From Candidatus Poribacteria bacterium (GTDB lineage Bacteria > Poribacteria > WGA-4E > WGA-3G): 64,000 bases of DNA. Made by a program: the position numbers and the translations under genes. Of the stretch, positions 17,901-26,311 are shown piece after piece. Under the pieces are notes generated by a model, which was not told the origin of the DNA, ran no database searches, and saw nothing but the letters and a program-made list of their open reading frames with translations. Position 1 is the stretch's first letter; every line of letters begins with the position of its first letter. The DNA is taken from the NCBI GenBank assembly GCA_028824125.1, contig JAPPES010000140.1:29359-93358 (forward strand), given 5' to 3'.

Positions 17901-19798
17901 CTCCAAACATTAGAGAATCTTTCATTGTCATTAAGGGCTTCGGCGGGGTCTCTATCTTCCGGGATTGCAACAGGCAATATGACATAACCGAATTGCTTGC
18001 CGGGTGCCCTGCGCATGACGCGACCGACTGCTTGGACAACGTCAATATGCGATTTTCGGGGTTTATAAAAGATTACAGCGTCAAGTGCGGGGACATCAAT
18101 ACCTTCGGAGAGGCACCGTGCGTTGGAGAGGATGCGGCAAACGCCCTTATCGTCACCTTTTAGCCAATCAAGGCGTGCCTTTCTATTTAGCGCGTGGTCT
18201 GTTCCGTCAACGTGTTTGGTTTCACATTCAAAATTAGCAGGGATTTCATCTTCTGGTAATTCCTCAATTGCATCTGCAACAACATCATTCCAATAGTGCG
18301 CCAGAGCCTTTGACTCGTCAATTCTGTTTGTAAATGTGATAACGCGTCTTAAAGGTTTGAGCGTTTCGTCATTTTTTTCCTTATTTTCAGGATTTTGTAA
18401 TGCGCGCCAACATCCGATAATTCGCGTTGCATCGTTTATGTTGATTTCGCTACCGTATTTGCCGGTATCACCCCCCAATGCCGAATTGACTTCCTGTTCA
18501 GAGATGCCAAAAATGGCGACTCTGTAATCGGAGAGTTGTCCGATCTCAACAGCTTTGGAGAAAGGGAGTCGGTGAAATTGGGGGCCAAATTTTTCTTCGT
18601 CGTCCATAGAGAACACTTCAACATTATAGTCTGCTGCTTTTGTTCTTACGGTTTCTGTATAAAGTTTTGGGGTGGCAGTCATATAGAGACGTTTGCTGGC
18701 GCGAATCCGTTTTGCATCGTGGACAAGCACAAAAGGTGAGGTTTTATCTCCAGGCTTGTCAATACCAGTGGTCCTGTGTGCTTCATCGCAAAAAACAATA
18801 TCAAATTGGGGGGCACCTGCAGCTTGTGCTTTTTCTATAAGAGGGAGCGATTGATAGGTGCAAAAAACAACAGTCATTTTGTTTGTGTCAGTATTCTGCA
18901 ATGATTGCGTAATTGATAATGGATCTGTGGTAACGGGGATTTTGAGTTCCTGAATAGATGTATCCTCAGCGGTGTCACCAGCGCGTGTATCTGAGCAGAT
19001 ACCGATGTAACTATGGTCTATTCCGCGTTGATCTGACCATTCTCGCATCGCTTGTGAAAGTAGACTGATAGACGGCACGAGATATAGGACTCTGCCCTCA
19101 GTTTTAGCGAATTCTTCAGCGATTCGGAGTGCGGTAAAGGTTTTTCCTGTGCCGCATGCCATAATCAGTTTTCCACGGTCTGATGTTTTGAACCCGTTGA
19201 CAACATCATCAAATGCTTCTCTTTGGTGGTCCTTCAGATTGAATCGTCTTTGCTTGTAGGTCAGTGCTTCGGGGTCTTGTAGACTCAGGTCAGGCCATTC
19301 AAACGGACTACTTTCAAGATCACTAAAGCGAATTACGCGAAACTTGTCGCCTAATGGTTCTACTAATCTAAGCGCGTTTGGTCCTAACTCGCCACCAGTG
19401 TTAACAAGAATTCGAGTGTTATCGGCAAAAGCGGGTAGGGAGGCAGTAGAGAGAAATGAATTGAGATCCCCCATTGAAATCCGAGTCTCTGGCGCATAGC
19501 ATTTACACTGTATAGCACAAAATCCGCCATCGTGTTTTTTGCCAACAAGGTCAACGCCTATGTCAGTGCCGTCAAATTCTGTTCGGAGTTCTGCCCACTG
19601 TTTCCAAAGATAGACATCGGAAAATTGGTCTTTATAGTCGGGGTCTTCACTGAAATATTTCAGCATCAACCGCTCAAAAAGTTCGCCTTTTTTACGTTCT
19701 GACTTGGCTACCTCACGGATATAGTCAAGGGTTCCTTGAAATTTGGGGTTGGTGTATTCGCTTGGACTAAAAAGATATTCTTGTGTTACTTCTGACAT
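14993..19798 (-). CDS. Type ISP restriction-modification enzyme (Mrr-like nuclease + SF2 helicase-like motor + N6-adenine MTase + target-recognition domain), LlaGI/LlaBIII-like
   Basis: This is a single 1601-aa chain:
- Nuclease: an N-terminal PD-(D/E)xK Mrr-type block, DIGVDLVGKKHDGGFCAIQCKCY.
- Helicase: motif I ACGTGKTFTAL, motif II VFCDEAHRTTG, motif III YMTATPK, motif VI QAVGRVMRRAPGK.
- Methyltransferase: gamma-class motif I ILDPFTGTGTFLV and motif IV IIGNPPWSAKQ.
- Specificity: a ~450-aa C-terminal region consistent with a specificity domain. Confidence 0.85.
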   Translation of the reverse strand: MSEVTQEYLFSPSEYTNPKFQGTLDYIREVAKSERKKGELFERLMLKYFSEDPDYKDQFSDVYLWKQWAELRTEFDGTDIGVDLVGKKHDGGFCAIQCKCYAPETRISMGDLNSFLSTASLPAFADNTRILVNTGGELGPNALRLVEPLGDKFRVIRFSDLESSPFEWPDLSLQDPEALTYKQRRFNLKDHQREAFDDVVNGFKTSDRGKLIMACGTGKTFTALRIAEEFAKTEGRVLYLVPSISLLSQAMREWSDQRGIDHSYIGICSDTRAGDTAEDTSIQELKIPVTTDPLSITQSLQNTDTNKMTVVFCTYQSLPLIEKAQAAGAPQFDIVFCDEAHRTTGIDKPGDKTSPFVLVHDAKRIRASKRLYMTATPKLYTETVRTKAADYNVEVFSMDDEEKFGPQFHRLPFSKAVEIGQLSDYRVAIFGISEQEVNSALGGDTGKYGSEININDATRIIGCWRALQNPENKEKNDETLKPLRRVITFTNRIDESKALAHYWNDVVADAIEELPEDEIPANFECETKHVDGTDHALNRKARLDWLKGDDKGVCRILSNARCLSEGIDVPALDAVIFYKPRKSHIDVVQAVGRVMRRAPGKQFGYVILPVAIPEDRDPAEALNDNERFSNVWSVLNALRSHDDRFDAKINSIDLNKELPDSIVIGGRRDSDTNWVGEQLPLMPIDIPVEAILSKIVDKCGDKRYWENWANEVAEIFDRIVSRIENLLGDPENATLAKRFDRFHTELKKTINTSITRENAIDMIAQHMITHPVFDALFEDYDFSSRNPVAKALNNLEKRFVKFGLDTETRELKGFYDSVQTRVSGVKSSEGRQQVLSDLYEQFFKKALKKEAERLGIAYTPTPLVDFILHSVNDILKEEFGQSISDENVHILDPFTGTGTFLVQLLQSGLIQPEDIERKYHKELHANEILLLAYYIASVNIEEAFRGQRNGDKGYEPFEGIVLTDTFNLNKYKGEEPKQDTLLPEEQRMVENNKRIERQQNLPIEVIIGNPPWSAKQRSSADDNQNVEYPELENRISETYAERTTATLKNSLYDTYKMAIRWATDRLHEEAKEQGIVAFVTPATWITGNVDAGIRGCLAEEINSIYVLNLKGDAKIYGEQGKLEGEGVFGSATQSPVAITILVKNPNAIHKRCHIHYRDIGNTLKRKEKLNSLSEAKSISGFHDWQIINPNKHYDWIEQRSDAFTQFYPMGSKEAKAGRTDDAVFVLYSRGLATSRDKYIYNFSSDACAENALRMTQDYLNALSELEENPDLDVREVARQHTANVQWDRELENNLRRRRITEFDVSYIRKVAYRPYIKTNGYNDYTFVNCKYQQDLIFPDSSSKNRVICVPGISSKKSFSALMTDTIPDLNINDAGTQCFSRWQYSVSNEYEIRFDNISDTALRAFREHYNDDSITKDDIFDYVYGILHAPSYREQFANDLSKMLPHIPYAPDFTAFAEAGYNLADLHLNYETCERYPNLKVAPRKPDLFWEEKPEHFLLGTKPMKYKDKNTKGVLFINDHVQIEGIPEEAHGYVVNGRTPLEWFINRYKITPREKNNGILNDANCWFENPRDLITAIERIVYVSVESTKIIENLPSEITTE

Positions 19799-19861
19799 AT
19801 CTGTTCCTTAAGTTAATCGTTTGAAAATTGTATCTAAAATAAAGTATGTTCATAGACACAA

Positions 19862-21250
19862 TTAGAAAGGTATATCATCCTCCGTAGATTCACTCTCAAT
19901 CTCGGAAATACTTTGGTTAATTCTCGTGATCAGTTTAACCTCACTCATCTCTCGCGCCAATAACAATGCAACATCCAAATCTTCTTTTGCGGATCTAAAT
20001 TCAGACATTTGTATCCTTGCTTGTGCCCGCATGTAATAAATATATGCATTTTTAGGTTTTCGTTGAAGTGCCTCATTATAATCTGCAATCGCCTCTTCAT
20101 ATTGTTCCAATTCTACTTTTACCTTTGCCCGATAGTAGTATCGAGATGAATCAGGATATAATTCAATAGCTTTGTCATAATCTGTGATAGCCTCCTCATA
20201 TTGCCCTAATTCTACTTTCGCCTCTGCCCGTTGGATGTAGTTGTATGAATCGTTGGGTTCTAATTCAATAGCTTTGTTATAATCTGTGATAGCCTCCCTA
20301 TATTGCCCTAATTCTACTTTCGCCTCTGCCCGAAAATAATAATGAGATGATTTGCCGGGCTCTAATTCAATAGCTTTGTCATAGTCTACAATAGCATTTT
20401 GATATTTTTCTGTTTGGTATGCATCATAAGCCCGTTTTGCATACTCCGCAGCACTTAGTTCTGTATATGGAACATTTTCACGGTATAAACGAGCAAAACC
20501 ATCAAAGTCAGGGAACAACATGGCTTGTGTAATACCCGATACCCGTTCTAACTCAGCTAGAATAATCTTCTTATTACAGTCTTTAATAATACATACACCA
20601 TCTGCCTTAAGTTCGTAAGAACCAAAAAGGAAAATTGATTGTTGGGCAATAACACGGTTGTTCTGGTGTCTGGGTTCCCAATGATACAGTTGAGGTGTAA
20701 CGTTTGTATCGAATTGAGAAAATTCATTAATCTCTTTTTTTAATAAAGCCGAATCAATTTTTTTAAACCGATTCGGATCATTACGTACAGCATAAACTTT
20801 ACCATATGGAGCTTCTTCAGAATCTTGTGGGTTATTTTCCCACTTTAAATCTTTCAGGCAGGCGAAATAGAGAGCAATTTGTGCGTTATGAGTAAAGTCA
20901 ATAAGCCATGTTGCTGCAAAATAATGCTGAAATTCTGCAAGTATTTCCAAATCTTCAAGTGCCCGACCATCTCTTTTGTCGTGTCCTCGTAGTCGAGCAT
21001 CTGCAATTAAGTCACTATTGATTTGGAGAACCTTTTGGTTTTTTTCAGCTCTCTCCTTTTGAATACGATAATTAGACTTTGATATTTCAGATTTTTCGGT
21101 GTCCTTTTTCATGCGCCGGTAAGCAGACGCTTGTATCCTATAGTCTTGATTTGGGACACCTCTAAACCAATATTTGTCAGAACCCAATTTATTTACCCAA
21201 TCAATGAAATCACTCAATGATGAAATCTCAACAATTTTTTCTGTTGCCAT
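19862..21250 (-). CDS. FRG-domain protein with C-terminal TPR array
   Basis: The N-terminal FRG signature is KYWFRGVPNQDYRIQASAYRR, FQHYFAATWLIDFTHNAQIALYFAC and NNRVIAQQSIFLF. The C-terminus has ~5 TPR units (AI.DY.KAIEL.P....YY.RA.AKVELGQY.EA). The gene starts 3 nt after the PhyH stop and ends 63 nt before the Type ISP start. It is very AT-rich. Confidence 0.75.
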   Translation of the reverse strand: MATEKIVEISSLSDFIDWVNKLGSDKYWFRGVPNQDYRIQASAYRRMKKDTEKSEISKSNYRIQKERAEKNQKVLQINSDLIADARLRGHDKRDGRALEDLEILAEFQHYFAATWLIDFTHNAQIALYFACLKDLKWENNPQDSEEAPYGKVYAVRNDPNRFKKIDSALLKKEINEFSQFDTNVTPQLYHWEPRHQNNRVIAQQSIFLFGSYELKADGVCIIKDCNKKIILAELERVSGITQAMLFPDFDGFARLYRENVPYTELSAAEYAKRAYDAYQTEKYQNAIVDYDKAIELEPGKSSHYYFRAEAKVELGQYREAITDYNKAIELEPNDSYNYIQRAEAKVELGQYEEAITDYDKAIELYPDSSRYYYRAKVKVELEQYEEAIADYNEALQRKPKNAYIYYMRAQARIQMSEFRSAKEDLDVALLLAREMSEVKLITRINQSISEIESESTEDDIPF

Positions 21251-21253
21251 TTG

Positions 21254-22057
21254 CTACTCCCTTTCTGCTGCTAAGGATTTGAGTTTTGCGAGTGCCTCCT
21301 GCTCCTCTTTTATCCACGGACGGTCTGCGGGTTTGTCCAATTTTTGTGGCGGACCACTGAAAACAAGGATATATGCCCTACGTGTTTGCGCTGTGCTGTT
21401 CGGAGTAGAATAATGCAAAGTCCGACAGTGATGGAACGTAGCACCGCCCGCCGGTATCGGACATGCAACCGCCTCTGATGGATCAACATCATCGGTGACC
21501 AAACCATGCACAAGCGGGTCGTTGTTGATATGCCGATGCCACCGCACTTCGCCTTTATGAGACTTCGGAATAAACTGGAGACATCCACTTTCAAGCGTTG
21601 CTTTGTCAAGCGGCAGCCAGACGCTTAAACTATGCGGCAAGACTTCGGGATTCCAGTATGCCTCATCCTGATGCCACGGTGTTTCGTTGCCATAATGTGC
21701 GGGTTTCAGAATCATGTGTCCACCACCGCCAACCTTTTCCTTTTCTACACTCAGCAATTTCGCAGCGAGTCGTTGTGCGTTTTGGAAATAGATAGATTCG
21801 CGGAGTTCGGGAAACTGTGCTTCTGGACCCAGGACCTGTGGTAACGTTTCTTGTCCAGTATGCGCACGGGGACCCGCTAAATCAAAATAGCGTCCCTGTT
21901 CCTCACCTGTGCGTTCAGTGAAGAGTTCATCGTAAATGCCTTTAAGCCATTCAATCTCGTCATCTGTTGTGATGCGCGGAATGCTCAGATATCCGTTCTC
22001 TTGAAAAAAGGCAATTTGTTCGTCTGTCAAATCAACGTGAAAGTCATTGGTTTTCAT
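21254..22057 (-). CDS. Phytanoyl-CoA dioxygenase (PhyH) family Fe(II)/2OG oxygenase
   Basis: Motifs are FQENGYLSIP, the HxD in TPWHQDEAYW, and the distal His in FHHCRTLHYSTPN. Confidence 0.8.
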   Translation of the reverse strand: MKTNDFHVDLTDEQIAFFQENGYLSIPRITTDDEIEWLKGIYDELFTERTGEEQGRYFDLAGPRAHTGQETLPQVLGPEAQFPELRESIYFQNAQRLAAKLLSVEKEKVGGGGHMILKPAHYGNETPWHQDEAYWNPEVLPHSLSVWLPLDKATLESGCLQFIPKSHKGEVRWHRHINNDPLVHGLVTDDVDPSEAVACPIPAGGATFHHCRTLHYSTPNSTAQTRRAYILVFSGPPQKLDKPADRPWIKEEQEALAKLKSLAAERE

Positions 22058-22061
22058 AAAA

Positions 22062-23879
22062 TCACCGAATTAAAATATCGTAAGGTAAGGCTGTGACCAC
22101 CCGTTCTTTCTCAAATAGGGTTAACCATGTTACTATCCGATGCCATTGCGTGTTTAGCTTAGAGATTGCTGGATGCTGCTGTGCCAATTGTAAAGGCAAT
22201 GGTGCTGAAATCCCTGCCTCTTCTTCAAGTATGCTTTCCATGATCTGTTCAAAAAAGGATTTCTGCTCTGGTAGCACGATGATGTCAACTCTGTCTTCAT
22301 CGGTGAGTCCTACCTCTTTTTTAGCGATAGTCAATGCAGTATCAAGTCCACCGAGTTCATCAACGAGCCCGAGTTCTTTTGCCTGCTTGCCTGTCCAGAC
22401 TCGTCCTTGTGCGACTGCATCAATTTCGTCAAAAGTCGTCTGTCGACCGTCAGCTGCTTTCGTGACAAAATCTTCATAGACAGTTTTCATCATCTTTTCA
22501 ACACGTTCACGTTCTGTCTCCGTAAAGCTGCCGTAATCTGAATAGAGTGTTGCGTTTTGTCCGTGTGTGATAATCTCTTTTGTTAATCCGACCTTGTTAT
22601 AGAGACCTTTGAGATTGAGCTTACCACCGAAAACTCCGATTGAACCTGTAAGTGTGCCGGGTTGTGCAACGATTGTTCCTGCTGCCATTGAGATATAATA
22701 ACCACCAGAGGCGGCGTAATTTGCCATAGAGACAATCACAGGTTTTTCGCGTTGTGTGCGCACCACTTCTCGCCAAATGAGATCAGATGCGATTGCGGAA
22801 CCGCCCGGACTATTCACACGCAACACGACTGCTTTTATAGCATTGTCAGCACGCGCTTTTTCAAACGCTTTTTTTAACGTCTTCGGTGTGATTATAGACG
22901 TTGTGGGAAAGGGTGAGTCAAAATCGGGTAAAATAGGACCGCTTGCATAGATGAGGGCAAGTTGATTTTCTGCTGGACGCGCCTTTGCACGCTGCGGTGG
23001 ATTCAACATATTGAACAACTGCATCAACCCCATAACACTATTCATATCTGGCACTTTTCGCTTCTTTTTGTCGTTCTGTTTAGCAACCTGTGTGTCTGGT
23101 GTTTCATTGATTGTATCTAAAAGTTCGTCGTAGTATTGCAGGGCGTCAACGAGTTTTGCTTCCTGTGCTTCCTTTGCAGTGAAGGGACCACGGTCTATTA
23201 ACTCAGCTGCAATTTCTGAGGTAATCCCATCTCTACCATCGGCAATCTTTTCCAACAATTGCGCATACAGATCATCAAGCAAACCGGTCATGGATTCACG
23301 GAAGGCATCGGACATGTCCTCACGCGTGAAGGGTTCAATACCAGATTTGAATTCTCCCATTGCGAGCATATCTGCCTCAACGTCCAGCTTTTCCAAAAGC
23401 CCTTTGTAGAAAAGGATTTCCGCGCGTAAACCGATTAGATTGAGATTTCCGGTCGGCATTAGCACGATGCGGTCCATTGCAGTGGCAAGGAGATATTGGG
23501 CATTGCCGCCGCTTTCAAGATAAGCGATCATCTCTTTTTCCGCATCTTTGAATTCGTCTAACTTATTTCGGACTTCCTGCAGACTTGCCCAGCCTATACC
23601 GATATTTCCGATTTTAAAGATAACGCCAGCGACTTCATCGTTATTTTTGAGCGCGTCTAATTTCTTGAAAAGTCCGCGCAACGTCTTCGTTGAAGAAGTG
23701 CCGAAAAAACTCATCTCTTTTATATCGGTGTAGGTGCCGCTCAGTGTGAATTCAACGTATTTTTTAACTGGGGGTGCTGCCTCTTCTTCGGTTTGTTCCT
23801 CAGCAGACACTGGCAAGACAAAAAAGATAATTAGGAACACTGGGACCACTGTCTGCCACAAGGTTTTTAATGGTTTCAT
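22062..23879 (-). CDS. sppA: Signal peptide peptidase SppA, 67K type (two S49 domains)
   Basis: There is an N-terminal TM helix and two S49 repeats. The second repeat contains MANYAASGGYYISMAAGTIVAQPGTLTGSIGV. I chose the start at 23879 (MKPLKT), which has a GGAGAA Shine-Dalgarno, over the ORF-track 23903. Confidence 0.85.
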   Translation of the reverse strand: MKPLKTLWQTVVPVFLIIFFVLPVSAEEQTEEEAAPPVKKYVEFTLSGTYTDIKEMSFFGTSSTKTLRGLFKKLDALKNNDEVAGVIFKIGNIGIGWASLQEVRNKLDEFKDAEKEMIAYLESGGNAQYLLATAMDRIVLMPTGNLNLIGLRAEILFYKGLLEKLDVEADMLAMGEFKSGIEPFTREDMSDAFRESMTGLLDDLYAQLLEKIADGRDGITSEIAAELIDRGPFTAKEAQEAKLVDALQYYDELLDTINETPDTQVAKQNDKKKRKVPDMNSVMGLMQLFNMLNPPQRAKARPAENQLALIYASGPILPDFDSPFPTTSIITPKTLKKAFEKARADNAIKAVVLRVNSPGGSAIASDLIWREVVRTQREKPVIVSMANYAASGGYYISMAAGTIVAQPGTLTGSIGVFGGKLNLKGLYNKVGLTKEIITHGQNATLYSDYGSFTETERERVEKMMKTVYEDFVTKAADGRQTTFDEIDAVAQGRVWTGKQAKELGLVDELGGLDTALTIAKKEVGLTDEDRVDIIVLPEQKSFFEQIMESILEEEAGISAPLPLQLAQQHPAISKLNTQWHRIVTWLTLFEKERVVTALPYDILIR

Positions 23880-24002
23880 TTCGTTCTCCTTACGGACGGG
23901 CATAATGGCACCGCCACTGTGATTTTTGTTTGTATTTTACAATATAATGGGGGGTGTGTCAACGTAAAATGGAGGAGGTACTGATTTGAGGATTGTCCAG
24001 AC

Positions 24003-26273
24003 TTACTGATCCATATCAACAATTTTGTTTCTATCCCACAAAAGGATTGTACCATCGATACTACCACTGACCAGTGTTGATCCGTCTGCTGAGAATGTTA
24101 AAGAATTGACTCCGCCTGCATGTCCTCTGAAAATAGCGAGTTCAACTTCCTTTTCAACACTCCACAATCGAATAGTTTTGTCCTGACTGCCACTTGCAAG
24201 TAATTTTCCATCAGGCGAGAATGCAAGTGCTTCAACTGCTCTTTTATGTCCGGGAAGAGTTAAAGGACGTGGATCAGGACCAACATCCCATAGAATAACC
24301 ATACCGTCAATACTGCTACTTGCAAAGTGTTTACTGTCAGCAGAAAATACCAATCTCATTTGATGATAGTCATCGTTTTTCCAATAATTAGGAACATACG
24401 TTTCATGTGCCGTGAGTTTTGAAATTAGTCTGCCAGTATTAAGTTCCCATAACCAGATTGTGCCTGCTGGGATCGCGCCTGCAAGCATTGTCCCATCTGG
24501 TGAAAATACCAAACTATTTGCTGACGCTTTATGTTCTGTGAGGGGTATAAGGACTTTCCTTGTCTGAATATCCCATAAACGAATACTATTATCTTTGCTG
24601 CTACTGGCAAGACTCTTACCATCTTTAGTGAACGCTATAACACTGATTTCATCAGTATGTTCCGTAGACAATGCCCCAAGTTGATTTGTGCTGCCATCCC
24701 ATAACCAAAGTGAACCATCCTTATTGCCTATGGCAAGTGTCGGACCAATTAATGAAATTGCACCTGCTGTTACGTTAAGTTTTGTAATCGTGTCAACATG
24801 CGTAGTTAATTTTTCCCAAGTTTCTGTAACATCTAACTGAACCTGTCCAGTGTTCTTTTCACGTATCTTAAAAACGGTGCCACGATTATTGGTGCTAAGA
24901 AAAGTCTTATCGGCCACATATCGAATCTCAACTATTGGGTGTTCTGTCAATGTTGATTTAATTTTCCCAGTGTTCATGTCCCATAGCTGTATTTCTGCAT
25001 CCTTTCCAGAGGGTACAAAGGCAAGCGTTTTTCCATCAGGAGAAAAGTCTCCTGAACCAATAATTTCACTATTTGAAGGCGAACTGAATTCTGGGGGTGA
25101 TATTGTGAAAGATGATATCAAGTTTCCTGTCCTTGTGTTCCACAGTTGAAACCCTTTGTCTTTACTTAAGGTCACAAACATCTTGCCATCTGGAGAAAAT
25201 CTAAAACTATGGATTTCACCCAGTTCATGTTCCGGTATGAGGGCAGGCAGTTCACGCCCTGTGCTGACCTCCCAGAACCGAAGTTTTCGGTATTCAGTTT
25301 TTTCGATCCGCCTTTTGGTTTTAGGATCCCGTGTACTACTTGTCTTAACAATTAGACCTACAAGTATTGTACCATCTGGCGAAAAACCAAGTCCTTCAAG
25401 TGGAACTGGAACTGATGCAACTGTTGTTGCTGTTTCCAAATCAGGTGGAGCTGATTGGTCTGCGTTCTGTCCAAAAATATACATGTGTGTTGGACGCAGT
25501 TTTCCAGTATGTACATCCCCTAAACGAATAGCTGCCTCTGACTCTCCATCAATAATCGTAATATTCGTATTGACCGCAGCAAAAGTTGTACCGTCAGGTG
25601 AAAGAATAACTGCTACAAGAGGCTGATGTTTCTGCTTTACTGAGTCTGTTGATACTCTGACCCCAGATTGAGAAAATTGGGCATCTTCTTTAAGTGGAGG
25701 ACCACCTATGCGTCCCGAAACATCTGATAACAAGTTGCCAGAATTCATATCCCACACCTTAATCCTATATTCTGGTGCCCCTTCTAAAACCGTAAGGCTT
25801 TTTCCATCTGAAGAAAAAGCCAAATCCCTGATTCTTGGGCCACTAAAATTGTTGACATTTCCCTCTTTATTTGTGGCAAGTGTGTAACGTTCAGTGTAGG
25901 TTGATACATCAAAAATTCTAATGGTTTCATCCGTACTTGCACAAGCAAGTAATTCACCATTTGGAGAAAATGCTAACTTATGGACTGTAAATGGTGCATC
26001 GAAAGTTGAGATCACTGATGTGGTAAACTTTTCTCTATATCCAGGAAGTAGTGCGAGTTCTTTACCTGTTTGGACATCATATATCCATATCCCTATAGAA
26101 CTTGCAACCGCAAGTTCAGTACCGTTTGGAGAGAATGCGATTGTAGTTATCTCCCCCTTACCAAGACGCGCTTTAGCTCCATCAGGCAACCCCCATGTTG
26201 TATACTCTTGAGCATATCCGTTTGACAAAAACAACGTCAAAATCGATAAAAATGCGCAAACTAAGATTCTCAT
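24003..26273 (-). CDS. Secreted WD40/beta-propeller repeat protein
   Basis: Signal peptide: MRILVCAFLSILTLFLSNGYA. More than 10 blades follow the pattern FSPDG..LA....D..I.LWD. Confidence 0.85.
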   Translation of the reverse strand: MRILVCAFLSILTLFLSNGYAQEYTTWGLPDGAKARLGKGEITTIAFSPNGTELAVASSIGIWIYDVQTGKELALLPGYREKFTTSVISTFDAPFTVHKLAFSPNGELLACASTDETIRIFDVSTYTERYTLATNKEGNVNNFSGPRIRDLAFSSDGKSLTVLEGAPEYRIKVWDMNSGNLLSDVSGRIGGPPLKEDAQFSQSGVRVSTDSVKQKHQPLVAVILSPDGTTFAAVNTNITIIDGESEAAIRLGDVHTGKLRPTHMYIFGQNADQSAPPDLETATTVASVPVPLEGLGFSPDGTILVGLIVKTSSTRDPKTKRRIEKTEYRKLRFWEVSTGRELPALIPEHELGEIHSFRFSPDGKMFVTLSKDKGFQLWNTRTGNLISSFTISPPEFSSPSNSEIIGSGDFSPDGKTLAFVPSGKDAEIQLWDMNTGKIKSTLTEHPIVEIRYVADKTFLSTNNRGTVFKIREKNTGQVQLDVTETWEKLTTHVDTITKLNVTAGAISLIGPTLAIGNKDGSLWLWDGSTNQLGALSTEHTDEISVIAFTKDGKSLASSSKDNSIRLWDIQTRKVLIPLTEHKASANSLVFSPDGTMLAGAIPAGTIWLWELNTGRLISKLTAHETYVPNYWKNDDYHQMRLVFSADSKHFASSSIDGMVILWDVGPDPRPLTLPGHKRAVEALAFSPDGKLLASGSQDKTIRLWSVEKEVELAIFRGHAGGVNSLTFSADGSTLVSGSIDGTILLWDRNKIVDMDQ

Positions 26274-26311
26274 TGTTTTGCCTCCTTTCTGGAAACAAAG
26301 GAAACCTGTTA

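Noticed and set aside
17499-17987. 162-aa antisense ORF inside the Type ISP gene. Similar antisense or alternate-frame ORFs occur at 7825-8295, 25156-25626, 37248-37793, 44251-44655 and 22093-22479.
   Set aside because: All are fully nested in longer ORFs that have clear family motifs. They are Ser/Leu/Arg-rich, as is typical of shadow frames, and have no independent support.
14993-19798. The 1601-aa helicase-methyltransferase as a BREX PglX or DISARM component.
   Set aside because: Nuclease, helicase, MTase and TRD are all on one chain in Type ISP order. No pglZ, brxC, drmA/B or PLD genes flank it.
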